NCBI GenBank assembly: GCA_965248755.1
Contig: OZ252149.1
Coordinates: 2,944,001-3,008,000 of the forward strand
Direction of reading: 5' to 3'
From: Candidatus Latescibacterota bacterium
GTDB lineage: Bacteria > Latescibacterota > CBDEFO01
DNA: 64,000 nucleotides
Shown here one piece after another: positions 20,679-30,450 of this stretch. The notes under the pieces were generated by a model that saw only the letters and a list, made by a program, of their open reading frames with translations, made no database searches and was not told the origin of the DNA. Both the position numbers and the translations under genes were made by a program. Within the stretch, counting starts at the first letter, position 1; each line of letters begins with the position of its first letter.

Positions 20679-21881
20679 ATAATGAGACGGATTCTGTTCC
20701 ATGTGCTGGGCATCTTGATTGTGGGGGTGGTAGTAACAGCGTGCGGCGGTAGTAAAAAGCTGGTCGAGGTTCTAGAAGGGTCGAAGGAAAAGAAAAGCTA
20801 TGCTGAGGCTGATGCTCACTACAATATAGGCTTCAACTTGTATAACGAAAGGGACTTGGAAGGAGCCATCATAGAATATCGTGAAGCCCTCCGGTTGGAT
20901 CCCGACTTTGCCCTTGCTCACAACGATCTCGGCAACGCCCTAGCTAAAAAAGGGGACTTGGAAGGGGCAATCCGGGAATACCATGAGGCAATCAGAATTA
21001 ACCCCCATTATTCTACTCCTCACAACAACATCGGCAATGTGTTAATTAAAAAGGGGGAATTGGAAGGGGCAATTAGAAAATTTCATGAGGCCATAAGGAT
21101 CGACCCCCACAGTGCTGGCGCTCACAACAACTTGGGCAACGCCCTGAAATCTAAGGGGGATTTGGAAGGGGCAATTAGAGAATATCATGAGGCTATCAGG
21201 AACGATTCCTACTATGCTACTCCCCATTACGGTCTCGGCAACACCCTGTATAGCAAAGGGGACTTGGAAGGAGCAATCAGAGAATTTCGTGAGGCCATAA
21301 GAATCGACCCCGATTATGGTAAGGCTCACTACAACCTCGGCATCGCCCTGCGTAAGAAAGGAGACCTGGAAGGAGCAACGAGAGAATTTCGTGAGACTAT
21401 AAGAATCAACCCCCATAATGCTAATGCTCACTATAACGTCGGAATCGCCCTGTATAAGAAAGGGGACTTGGAAGGAGCCATCAGAGAATATCGTGAGGTC
21501 ATAAGCATTTACCCCAATTATGTCAATGCGTATATCAACCTCGGCGTCGCTTTACGCGACGAAGGGGACTTGGAAGGAGCTATCAGAGAATATCGTGAAG
21601 CCATAAGCATCAACCCCAATGCCACGCTTGCACATTACAACCTTGGCAACGCCCTGAAATCCAGAGGGGATTTGGATGGAGCTATCAGAGAATATCGCAA
21701 AGCATTAAGTATCAATCCCAACTATGCCGCTGCGCACAATAACCTCGGCTACGCCTTGGATGCCAACGGGGATCAGGCAAGTGCTATCCGGGAGTGGGGT
21801 GTCTTCATTCAGCTGAGCAAGGATGAACATGCAAAAGAAGAGGCACGGGAAATGATCCGCAAACTCGGAGGCACACCGTAA
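20679..21881 (+). CDS. TPR-repeat lipoprotein
   Basis: Lipobox VVTAC; about 10 TPRs (GDLEGAIREYREA). Confidence 0.9.
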   Translation: MMRRILFHVLGILIVGVVVTACGGSKKLVEVLEGSKEKKSYAEADAHYNIGFNLYNERDLEGAIIEYREALRLDPDFALAHNDLGNALAKKGDLEGAIREYHEAIRINPHYSTPHNNIGNVLIKKGELEGAIRKFHEAIRIDPHSAGAHNNLGNALKSKGDLEGAIREYHEAIRNDSYYATPHYGLGNTLYSKGDLEGAIREFREAIRIDPDYGKAHYNLGIALRKKGDLEGATREFRETIRINPHNANAHYNVGIALYKKGDLEGAIREYREVISIYPNYVNAYINLGVALRDEGDLEGAIREYREAISINPNATLAHYNLGNALKSRGDLDGAIREYRKALSINPNYAAAHNNLGYALDANGDQASAIREWGVFIQLSKDEHAKEEAREMIRKLGGTP

Positions 21882-22026
21882 CATAAACCAAGATAGATGT
21901 ATATTCTAGTGGAATAGGCTTGATAGAACTATCAACTGGGGTTACAGCTACTTTCAAAGGCGTCCATCTAAGTGCTCCGGAGGCGGCTATATCTGAATCC
22001 CTGTCGCCTCTCACTCAAAAATCCAG

Positions 22027-22680
22027 ATGACGAGTCTAATCGGTTTAAAGGCGCAAATTATAAGACTACTCCTCCTTTTGATCGGAAGGACGCTCAGGAT
22101 CCGAACCTTGGGGGACGAACACTATAAGAAGGTCTCAGAAAACGGCAGGGGATTCATCTTTGCCGTATGGCATGGCAGGATGCTGCTGCCTATATATAGG
22201 CACAGAAGTATGGGAATAATCACTATGGCGAGCCTTCACAGCGACGGGGAGATGATAGCAAGGGTTCTGGACAGAATCGGATATGAGACGGTTCGAGGTT
22301 CCACAACCAGGGGAGGAAAGAAGGCTATGAGCCAGATGTTGAGAAGGGCACGAAAGAGCGGTGTATTCGCCCTGACGCCCGACGGCCCCAGAGGTCCGAG
22401 GGAAACTGTCCAGCCCGGAGTCGTATTCCTATCTCAGATGTCGGGGTTGCCTATACTGCCGGTCACAGGGAGCGCCAGAAGGTGCAAGAGGTTCAACAGT
22501 TGGGACAGATTTCTGATGCCCTTTCCGTTCTCCCAAAGTCTGATAGTCTATGGTGAGCCGCTCTTTGCTAACAGGGAAGAAGATATTTCGACAGAGCTTG
22601 AAAGGAGATTGAAAAGTATAACCTGTCAGGCTGATAAGCTGTGCGGAATTAAAGAAGTAGAAAGTAGACAAATGAAGTAG
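22027..22680 (+). CDS. DUF374 / lysophospholipid acyltransferase family protein
   Basis: WHGR, SLHSDGE, VRGSTTRGG, TPDGPRGP, SWDRFLMP. Confidence 0.88.
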   Translation: MTSLIGLKAQIIRLLLLLIGRTLRIRTLGDEHYKKVSENGRGFIFAVWHGRMLLPIYRHRSMGIITMASLHSDGEMIARVLDRIGYETVRGSTTRGGKKAMSQMLRRARKSGVFALTPDGPRGPRETVQPGVVFLSQMSGLPILPVTGSARRCKRFNSWDRFLMPFPFSQSLIVYGEPLFANREEDISTELERRLKSITCQADKLCGIKEVESRQMK

Positions 22681-22955
22681 ACAGTAGACAGGGCACCGCC
22701 TCCCATCCCGCCGGATTGCTTCGGGGTGAAGTCCCTCTTGAGCAAGAGGGCTGAATCTCCTGGCAATGACTACGAGTCGGGACAAGCAGGGCTATGTGCC
22801 CCTGAACTATCATTCTGAGCGATAGGCAAGCAATCTCGCAGTGATTAGTCAGGATGTAGGGGCGAGGCCTGCCCCCGAATGATTCTATCGGGGGTCCACT
22901 CGCCAAAAGGGGCCTGGGTAATACAGCCCCCCATCATCTATAAGGAGGTAGCCGA

Positions 22956-23726
22956 TTGGCGACAGGTATTGCCACAATAATATCATTTAGCTTTCTTGTC
23001 CTGGCGCTGCTGATCCTGCTTCCTCTGCGGATTCGCCTGGACGCCTCGAGCCTGGATGAGGAGAAAAATGTCTTCATATACTTGGGCGCATGGTATGGCC
23101 TTTCAGGTTTAGGAATTTCACTTTTGGGTGACGGCGTCAGGTTCTACATTATGCTCTTAGGGAGGAGATTGTACCAGTTCCGCCCCAGGAAAAAGAGAAG
23201 GGTGAAGGAACCTAAAGATGTCGAACCTGAAAAGGAGCGCCCTAAAGAGGAGCGTCCTAAAAAGGAGCGCCCTAAAAAGGAGCGTCCTAAAAAGGAGCGT
23301 CCTAAAAAGGAGCGTCCTGGGCCTGTTGAGAGATTGAAAACAATGTACGGATATTTACGCATATTCAAGGCTCCTGTCCTGCGCTTCCTCAGATCATCTT
23401 TGAGGAGTTTGAACTTAACGAGGATAGACTGCAACCTGGAGTATGGAGCGGGTGACCCTGCTTTCACAGGCAAGGCGTTCGGCATCTACCACTCCATTTG
23501 CCCGCTTTTGGGAGAGAAAGTAAATGTGAAGGTTATGCCTAATTTCACTGATGCCGTACTCCGCGGGGATATATCGGTCATTCTGGACCTGAAACTCTAT
23601 GTGCTCATAATCGCCTCTCTGAGACTTGGGATATCTGTTGGATATGCATGGCTCAAGGATTGGCTGGCGGATCGACTTCCCCGTAAAATGTGGAGACACA
23701 AGGATTTATCTCTGTCGGAAGGCTAA
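22956..23726 (+). CDS. DUF2953-like membrane protein
   Basis: YGAGDPAFTGKAFG and PNFT motifs; ERPKK repeats; precedes a YtfJ-family gene. Confidence 0.7.
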   Translation: MATGIATIISFSFLVLALLILLPLRIRLDASSLDEEKNVFIYLGAWYGLSGLGISLLGDGVRFYIMLLGRRLYQFRPRKKRRVKEPKDVEPEKERPKEERPKKERPKKERPKKERPKKERPGPVERLKTMYGYLRIFKAPVLRFLRSSLRSLNLTRIDCNLEYGAGDPAFTGKAFGIYHSICPLLGEKVNVKVMPNFTDAVLRGDISVILDLKLYVLIIASLRLGISVGYAWLKDWLADRLPRKMWRHKDLSLSEG

Positions 23727-23788
23727 CTTTATGCCCGATAAAATAATCGGGGCTGCCCGATAAAATCAATCGGGGAAAGGAGAAACCT

Positions 23789-24199
23789 ATGTCTGTCGAG
23801 GACCTGGTTAAGACGTTGATGGATGAACTGAAGCAGATTGTCAAGACCGAGACCGTTGTAGGGGAGGCGATTGAGGCGGGGGATTCGGTCATAATCCCGG
23901 TGTCCAAGATATCGTTCGGCTTCGGCGCGGGAGGCGGGGGAGGGGAGTCGGGAGGGGAGAAGGGAAAGGGCGGCGGCGCAGGCGGCGGCGCGTCCGTTGA
24001 GCCGGTGGCGTTCGTGGTGATAACTGATGGCAAAGTTCAGGTTATGTCCGTAAAGAAGGAGGCGACCTTCTCCAAGATCGTGGAACTGGTCCCCGAACTG
24101 GTCGGAAAGTTGAGGGACATCAAGAACATAGTGGAAAAGAGGAGAGAAAAGAAGGAGGATAGCTCCGAAGATCAGGAGGAGTCAGACGAAGAGTCATAG
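23789..24199 (+). CDS. GerW/YtfJ family protein
   Basis: TVVGEAI, IIPVSKISFGFGAGG, GGASVEPVAFVV. Confidence 0.88.
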   Translation: MSVEDLVKTLMDELKQIVKTETVVGEAIEAGDSVIIPVSKISFGFGAGGGGGESGGEKGKGGGAGGGASVEPVAFVVITDGKVQVMSVKKEATFSKIVELVPELVGKLRDIKNIVEKRREKKEDSSEDQEESDEES

Positions 24200-24214
24200 G
24201 GGATTGTCAACAAA

Positions 24215-24305
24215 ACAATGCTCACTTTAATAGAAGTGGGCAGTCTGCAATGGTTTTAGGCTGAGAAACTTTTTCTTGACGTCCAACATTATCTTTTGTA
24301 TCTTT
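24215..24305 (+). promoter_or_regulatory. Promoter-bearing repeat, copy 1
   Basis: TTGACG-17-TATCTT at 24276-24304; diverged direct repeat at 25875-25963. Confidence 0.65.
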
Positions 24306-24433
24306 TTACCTTAATTGATCCATATCCTAGGGGGGCTATGAATCAGCTTATACAGAAGTATACAGTCTGCTTTGCTAAAGCAGACTGTATAAACCCTGGT
24401 TAGTCGGACAGAAGCATAAATCTGGAGAGAAAC

Positions 24434-24823
24434 TTGAAAGAGGCCCTGATCAACGCGATTGTTGTCGGTTCGGGAGGTTTCCTTGGTGCTCTCGCCCGCT
24501 ACGGACTCAGTGGGCTCGTGCATCGGCAAGTGCCTCTTGCGACGTTCCCGTACGGCACGCTGGGGGTCAACCTCTTGGGCTGCCTCGTGATCGGAGTAAT
24601 CGCCGGACTTGTGGAGTCTCGGCAGCTATTCGGGCCGGAGGTCCGTATATTTGTTCTCATCGGTGTCCTCGGTGGGTTCACGACCTTCTCGACGTTTGGC
24701 TACGATACGTTCGCGATGATGCGCGACGACGAATACCTTCAGGCAGCCATCAACGTAGGACTGCATGTCATCCTCGGTCTGGCTTTGGTGTCGCTGGGTT
24801 ATGCACTCACAACATCAAGGTAG
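24434..24823 (+). CDS. crcB: Fluoride efflux channel CrcB/Fluc
   Basis: GGFLGALARY, FPYGTLGVN, GVLGGFTTFSTF. Confidence 0.95.
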   Translation: MKEALINAIVVGSGGFLGALARYGLSGLVHRQVPLATFPYGTLGVNLLGCLVIGVIAGLVESRQLFGPEVRIFVLIGVLGGFTTFSTFGYDTFAMMRDDEYLQAAINVGLHVILGLALVSLGYALTTSR

Positions 24824-24830
24824 GCTGACC

Positions 24831-24891
24831 ATGATTCTGCCGAAGGACGGGAAGCTCCTTCGCGTCTTTGTGGGAGAGAACGACAAGTACG
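24831..24891 (+). pseudogene. Truncated DUF190 gene
   Basis: MILPKDGKLLRVFVGENDKY, the usual partner of crcB, breaks off after 20 codons. Confidence 0.75.
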
Positions 24892-24949
24892 TGAGAACAA
24901 TTTTTAAGGGGTTTTTTTGGACACCTGTTTTTATGGGTGAGCATAGTCG

Positions 24950-25732
24950 TCAAGGATGCCAATGTAGAGGAATTTGAGGAACTGGAGCTGCAAATCTTAT
25001 CTTATTGATTTGAATGATAGATAGTTCGCTGTGATCACAGATTTCGTAGAATTTGTTGAGTTCTTCAGGAGTCAACGGTGGGAAAGGTGGGAGAGTAGGA
25101 CTGTCCCAGTCTTGAGCGAGCACCATGTTCACAAACAGATGTGCCCAGTCATATTCAGGAGGATTGGGCCAATGAGATAGATCAGACCAGAACTGAACCT
25201 TGTCTTCTGGCGGGAGGTCGTTGTAAAAGTCGCTTTGGGTTTCAAAGGTTCTTTCAAAGTGGGGCTTATAAGGCCTGTTTCCTCTCATCACCTGCCAGCG
25301 GAACGTTAAGAATAAACAGCGAGCGTTCTCCCGATCTGCTTCCATTATATCCAGGCCAATTTGGGTATAGGTCGATAGATACTTTCGGTAACGAAGTTCC
25401 TCTCCACCGTATCTCTCTGAGACGCTCCTGGGTTCGGGACTTTCTTTGGTAGGTTCAAGTCCGTTGGCGGCTATAAATTCCTCTACTACTTTTATTGCTT
25501 CATCTGGGGATTGAGTAAAGTAAGATAACCTTACACTCTTACCTGCTTCCCCAGAGTTGATATAGAATCCAGTGACACTTTCTAACCATGGTTTGCTTGT
25601 GACGAGTGGGTATATAGCGTCAAGAGAAGTATAGTATCCCTCAACTGCGTTTTTGTTTCCCGCGTTTAAGACAAATACTCCAAAAAGATCGGTTTCCTTC
25701 ACTTTGTTTGGTTTCAGATTAGGTGAGGCCAT
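24950..25732 (-). CDS. Hypothetical protein
   Basis: 260-aa ORF with GGAG RBS; VRLSYF and ERYGGEE weakly recall the lantibiotic dehydratase C-terminal family. Confidence 0.6.
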   Translation of the reverse strand: MASPNLKPNKVKETDLFGVFVLNAGNKNAVEGYYTSLDAIYPLVTSKPWLESVTGFYINSGEAGKSVRLSYFTQSPDEAIKVVEEFIAANGLEPTKESPEPRSVSERYGGEELRYRKYLSTYTQIGLDIMEADRENARCLFLTFRWQVMRGNRPYKPHFERTFETQSDFYNDLPPEDKVQFWSDLSHWPNPPEYDWAHLFVNMVLAQDWDSPTLPPFPPLTPEELNKFYEICDHSELSIIQINKIRFAAPVPQIPLHWHP

Positions 25733-25874
25733 AGATTAGCTCCTGTTTTTGAAGGTACACTATATCTTGCGTTGTAGCTACTATGCATACTACATATAGA
25801 ATTTAATAAGAACGGGATCGAAAAGCAAGGGAGAAATGGTTATTGTTCTGAAAATGCATATCTTACCAATAAAA

Positions 25875-25963
25875 AAATGCTCACTTTAGACAAAGTGGGC
25901 ACTCTACAATGGTTTGGCACTGAGAACTTTTCATTGACATCCACTATTTTCTTTTATATCTTT
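25875..25963 (+). promoter_or_regulatory. Promoter-bearing repeat, copy 2
   Basis: TTGACA-17-TATCTT at 25934-25962. Confidence 0.65.
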
Positions 25964-26029
25964 CTGTATTGATTAACGAACAGTTTCAGCTTACCGATAC
26001 AAATTTATTTAATAAGAGGAGGGTTAGCC

Positions 26030-26137
26030 ATGTTTCTAAATACCCTTAACTTTAAAAGGATACAACAAGAAAAGAATGGGTGTAAGTCCTTCCCGAAAGG
26101 TATACGAGCTCCCTTTTCTACAAAGCTAAGTAAGTAG
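26030..26137 (+). CDS. 35-aa ORF or truncated gene start
   Basis: Strong GAGGAGG RBS downstream of a promoter; ends at the AGTAGAC repeat cluster. Confidence 0.3.
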   Translation: MFLNTLNFKRIQQEKNGCKSFPKGIRAPFSTKLSK

Positions 26138-26529
26138 AGAGTAGTCAGTAGACACAGCACCGCCTGCCATCCCTATGTGCTGTCTACTATTTTGGATCTC
26201 TATAATTTGTCCGAACTATTTTGACCCGATACTTAAATGACTTGGTGGATCGCGACCAAGAAGAGGTACCTACTTCGTAGGCAAGAGGATATTCGTTATT
26301 GGGCCAAGCGAAAGAACGAAGATCCACTTCTTATCATCATAACGGGGGCAGCGCGTATTCATGGATTGCCAGAAGAGTTGGAGTTATGAGGGATAGAAAT
26401 CCAGTTCCAAAATGAAATTACACCCCTTTGGCTGAGGATGCCAGCTGGGACTTCAAAAGCTCGACAGCGGGCCTGAAGGAAATCCTCGAACAAGCCCTGG
26501 CCGCGGCCTAGACAAGAAAGGAGAACCCC

Positions 26530-27591
26530 ATGTCCTCAATTGAAATTCTCGGTACCGGCTGGGTGGACAGGCGCGATTCGGCCTTCCCCCAGACCGTGCA
26601 ACTGCCCAGCGGCGACCTCCTCTGTTCCTTTAATGTGGGCGGCGGTCCCTATGTCAATGGCGGCACGGACTGGGCCCTCTCCACAGACGGCGGCCAGACC
26701 TGGACCCTCGAAGGCACCATTGCCCCGCCCACGACCGATCCTCCCACCACCTATGCCCTCAAGCTGAGCCTTTCGGCTGACGGCCAGACCGTTTTCGCGT
26801 ACGGGGCGCATTCCTATGCCCGGGACGAGGAGAAATTCGGCGAAGGCCGCAACGAGCCGGTGCTATGCCGCTCCGCGGACAGAGGCCGCACCTGGTCGGA
26901 TCCCCAGGTGGTCCCCATGCCCGGCGATTGCCCACTGGAAATTTCCCACGGGGTACTGCCGCTCGAATCCGGCCGCCTCCTGGCGCCGGCCGCCACTCTC
27001 CCTGCCCAGGACCGCCTGGGCGAGCAGGTCCTGGTGGCCATCTCCGACGACGGCGGACTGACCTGGCCGCAGCACGCTGTGGTGTTCGAGGACCCCGACA
27101 AAAAATTCGGCTACTTTGAGCATAAGCTGGCCGTAATCTCCCCGGACCTGCTCATGGCCGTGTGCTGGACCGTGACCTTGGGCGATGTGGTGGACCAGCC
27201 GGACAGCTTTGTGCTCTCGCGCGACAATGGATCCACGTGGGGGGCGGCCCGATCCACCGGCATCCAGGGGCAGACCATGACCCCGATCCCCCTGGGCAGC
27301 GACCGGCTCCTGGTGCTTTACAACCGGCGCTACGGCGACCAGGGCATTATCATGAACCTGGTGACCTTTGCGGAAGAGTCCTGGACCCTTCACTACGAAG
27401 GCCTGATGTACGACGCCAGGGCAAAGCGCGAACGGCCGGACGACCTGGAAACAGGGGTGGAGGAATTGTACTCCTTTATGTTCGGCTTCCCCACGGCGAT
27501 CAAGCTGCAGGACGGGACCTATCTGGCGACCCACTGGTGCAAGGAAGGAGCCACCTTCGGCATCCGCTGGACCAAACTGCGGATCCAATAG
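26530..27591 (+). CDS. BNR-repeat sialidase-like glycosidase
   Basis: Asp-boxes STDGGQTW, SADRGRTW, SDDGGLTW, SRDNGSTW. Confidence 0.88.
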   Translation: MSSIEILGTGWVDRRDSAFPQTVQLPSGDLLCSFNVGGGPYVNGGTDWALSTDGGQTWTLEGTIAPPTTDPPTTYALKLSLSADGQTVFAYGAHSYARDEEKFGEGRNEPVLCRSADRGRTWSDPQVVPMPGDCPLEISHGVLPLESGRLLAPAATLPAQDRLGEQVLVAISDDGGLTWPQHAVVFEDPDKKFGYFEHKLAVISPDLLMAVCWTVTLGDVVDQPDSFVLSRDNGSTWGAARSTGIQGQTMTPIPLGSDRLLVLYNRRYGDQGIIMNLVTFAEESWTLHYEGLMYDARAKRERPDDLETGVEELYSFMFGFPTAIKLQDGTYLATHWCKEGATFGIRWTKLRIQ

Positions 27592-27594
27592 TCT

Positions 27595-27770
27595 AGTGAG
27601 ATTGCTTCGCCCACTTCGTGGCTTGCTGCCACTCCGCCTCGCAATGACGTTGCTTGGCTTCGTCCTTCGGTCATTGCCAGGGGCATTTGCCTCGAGTGCC
27701 CGATAGACTCAATCGGGGACCGCTTTGCTCCTCGCAATGACTCCACCAAGTTTATGCTTAATCGGGTTAG
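27595..27770 (-). mobile_element. Partial MITE-like element and GTCATTGCGAG-type repeats
   Basis: 27720-27770 is the reverse complement of the left end of 11991-12225; interrupted by a 21-bp palindrome near 27699. Confidence 0.65.
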
Positions 27771-27807
27771 TTCTGCTGGCTGAAGAAGACAAGAGCTTGA
27801 ATGTAGG

Positions 27808-28683
27808 ATGCCGCTGATGAGATTGGGCGCTACGATAGATGACTACATGGACACGCACGACCCGGACGCTCTGGTTGCCGAGTGCCGCAAGAAGGGCTAC
27901 CGGGCAGCTGCGATGCCGCTTTCGGCGCTGGATCAGCCCGATGTCGTCCGCGACATTGCCCGCGCCTTTGCCGACGCCGACATCCTGCTGGCCGAGATTG
28001 CTGCGTGGGTCAATCCGCTGGACTATGACCCGCAACAGCGACAGAGGAAAATCGCCGAGATCGCACGCTGTCTGGCGCTGTCCGACGAGGTAGGGGCGAC
28101 CTGCTGTGCAACCGTAGCGGGGTCGTACTCTCAGACAGATCGTTGGGACTCGCACGCAGGGCATCATCCGGACAACTTCTCTGCGCGAGCCTTCGAGGAG
28201 GTGGTGGACTGGGTGCGCGATGTGCTCGACCAGGTCCAGCCCACACGCGCCAAGCTGACGCTGGAGATCTGCCCGTGGACTCTGTTGGACAGCCCGCAGA
28301 TCTATCTGGACCTGATCAGGGCCGTGGATCGCCCTGGACTCGGTGTCCACGTGGACCCGGCCAATCTGGTGACGAACCCTCGCGCCTACTACGATACGAC
28401 AGGGATGATTCACCAGTGCTTCGATCTGCTCGGGGGACATATCCTCTCCTGTCACGCCAAGGACGTGCACTGGGCGCTTGATGCGCGGACGGTCGGAATC
28501 GAGGAGGTCGTTCCCGGACGGGGAGTCCTCGACTATGCCGCCTTCTTGCAGCACGGGGATGGAATTTCGCCTGATCTGCCGCTGATCATCGAACATATAC
28601 AGACCGAAGCCAACTTTGACGAGGCCGCCGCCTATATCGTGGGCGTTGGCGCCGAAGTCGGCGTGTCACTCCAAGAGAATTGA
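27808..28683 (+). CDS. Sugar phosphate isomerase/epimerase (xylose isomerase-like TIM barrel)
   Basis: LTLE, VHVDPAN, CHAKD, PGRGVLDY, LIIEH. Confidence 0.88.
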   Translation: MPLMRLGATIDDYMDTHDPDALVAECRKKGYRAAAMPLSALDQPDVVRDIARAFADADILLAEIAAWVNPLDYDPQQRQRKIAEIARCLALSDEVGATCCATVAGSYSQTDRWDSHAGHHPDNFSARAFEEVVDWVRDVLDQVQPTRAKLTLEICPWTLLDSPQIYLDLIRAVDRPGLGVHVDPANLVTNPRAYYDTTGMIHQCFDLLGGHILSCHAKDVHWALDARTVGIEEVVPGRGVLDYAAFLQHGDGISPDLPLIIEHIQTEANFDEAAAYIVGVGAEVGVSLQEN

Positions 28684-28694
28684 GGTAAATACTA

Positions 28695-29501
28695 ATGGAA
28701 CGAACACTGGAGGGCAAGGTTGCTCTGGTGACGGGCGCAAGCAAGGGGATCGGCCGGGCGCTGGCGATAGGTCTGGCCGAGGCTGGCGCCGCAGTCGCCG
28801 CCATCTATAAAAGCGATACAGCCGGCGCGGAAGGCGCCTGCGGGACTATCCGGCAATCCGGCGGGGTCGCAGAGCCGTATTCTGCCGATATCGGCTCCAA
28901 GGACGAATTCGAAGCAGTGATAGACCAGGTCTATGACCGGTTCGGCCGGCTGGATGTGCTGGTCAACAACGCAGCCCGCACGCGCTTCGGCCCGATCGAA
29001 CAGGTGACGGAAGAAGACTTCGACGATGTCGTGAACACCGTCCTGCGCGGCCCCTTCTTCGGCTCGATTGCGGCGGCCGGGAAGATGATCCGAGGCGGCG
29101 GCGGGTCCATCATCAATATCAGCTCCATCGCCGTGCGAGGCATCATGTTTTTCCACAGCTCTTACACCATGGCCAAAGGCGGGCTGGAGGCCATGACCCG
29201 GCAGATGGCGCTGGAACTGGCGCCGCATGTGCGGGTGAACGCTCTGGCACCCCGTGCAACCAGCAACGAACGCAACGCTGCCTACGATCCGGACTATGAC
29301 CAAAAGTGGGCATCTGTTACGCCGCTAGGTCGCGTCGGAAGTCCGGATGACTACGTGGGACCCGCAGTCTTTCTGGCCGGAGACCCTGCCCGGATGGTGA
29401 CGGGGCAGGTGTTGTATGTGGACGGCGGCTGGACTCTGCAGGGACGCTCACCCGACCAATCGGCATTTGACTTCTCCGCCGATCGCAAGCGCGACGATTG
29501 A
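28695..29501 (+). CDS. SDR family oxidoreductase
   Basis: TGASKGIG, NNAA, YTMAK. Confidence 0.92.
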   Translation: MERTLEGKVALVTGASKGIGRALAIGLAEAGAAVAAIYKSDTAGAEGACGTIRQSGGVAEPYSADIGSKDEFEAVIDQVYDRFGRLDVLVNNAARTRFGPIEQVTEEDFDDVVNTVLRGPFFGSIAAAGKMIRGGGGSIINISSIAVRGIMFFHSSYTMAKGGLEAMTRQMALELAPHVRVNALAPRATSNERNAAYDPDYDQKWASVTPLGRVGSPDDYVGPAVFLAGDPARMVTGQVLYVDGGWTLQGRSPDQSAFDFSADRKRDD

Positions 29502-29517
29502 AAGCGAGCAAGAGCAG

Positions 29518-30450
29518 ATGAAGAGACGCCTGAATGTCGTGGACTACAACATGGACTGGTGGCTCAAGGAGTACAATCTTAACGAGCGGGGGACCCCCGG
29601 AGGGGTGACGACGCCTGGCGTGCTGACGACCCCCGGAGGGGGGGTAACGCGAGAAGAAGCGATCGCCTACTGCGGCACGCTGGAAGTCGGCGGCATCGAA
29701 GTAATGCACGCCTACTGGCAGGACTGTGACCCTGAGTACGTCGTCGGGCTGGCGGAGGACGCCGGGATCCCTATCAGGACCTATATCTTCTCCTGTGACC
29801 TTGCCGTGCCGCCCGACGAGCGAGACCGTTCGGTGGATGAAGCAAAAGGGATGATAGATCGCGCTGTGGCGATGGGCGCCGGACTGGGAATGATCATACC
29901 AGGGTTCGCCAAGAGCCAGTTTCCCATCCAAGAGCAGGTTAAATGGATGGTTGAAGGCCTGTCGCTTTGCGCCGAATACGCCGGCAGATCGGGACTGACG
30001 CTGGCCTCGGAGAACGTAGACGCCCCGGCGTCCCGTCCTCTAATGGGCCGCAGCGACGAGTGTATTGCTATCTGCCAACAGGTCGGTTCGCCCCACTACC
30101 GCCTGATCTTTGACGCGGCGCCTGCCATTTACGTGGGGCAAGAGCCGGTTGAGGCGCTGCTGCAGATGCTTCCTTACGTGGTTCATGTCCATCTGAAGAA
30201 TATCATACGGGTTACAGACGGCCAAGAGTGGCAGCGCACCGTTCCGGACGAGCAGGGCTGCGTCTACCGCGGTGTGCTTCTGGATCAAGGCGTCGTAGAT
30301 CTCCCGGCGATTCTGAAGAAACTTCGGGAGCACGACTATCAAGGAGACTTTCTCATCGAATACCAGGGCGAAGAAGACCCGCGCAACGCGATGCTCCAGG
30401 ACGTCGCTTGTGCCAGGGATCTTCTCAAAGAGGCTGGATTTGCGGGCTGA
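29518..30450 (+). CDS. Sugar phosphate isomerase/epimerase (TIM barrel)
   Basis: LASEN, LIFD, HVHLKN, GVVDL, LIEYQG. Confidence 0.85.
   Translation: MKRRLNVVDYNMDWWLKEYNLNERGTPGGVTTPGVLTTPGGGVTREEAIAYCGTLEVGGIEVMHAYWQDCDPEYVVGLAEDAGIPIRTYIFSCDLAVPPDERDRSVDEAKGMIDRAVAMGAGLGMIIPGFAKSQFPIQEQVKWMVEGLSLCAEYAGRSGLTLASENVDAPASRPLMGRSDECIAICQQVGSPHYRLIFDAAPAIYVGQEPVEALLQMLPYVVHVHLKNIIRVTDGQEWQRTVPDEQGCVYRGVLLDQGVVDLPAILKKLREHDYQGDFLIEYQGEEDPRNAMLQDVACARDLLKEAGFAG

Noticed and set aside
24310..24433. Fluoride riboswitch upstream of crcB
   Set aside because: The characteristic GGCGATGG-type motif and pseudoknot could not be recognised.
27709..28596. Long minus-strand ORFs in the GC-rich cluster (also 26863-27588 and 41198-42067 opposite rlmN)
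   Set aside because: Antisense shadows of well-supported genes.
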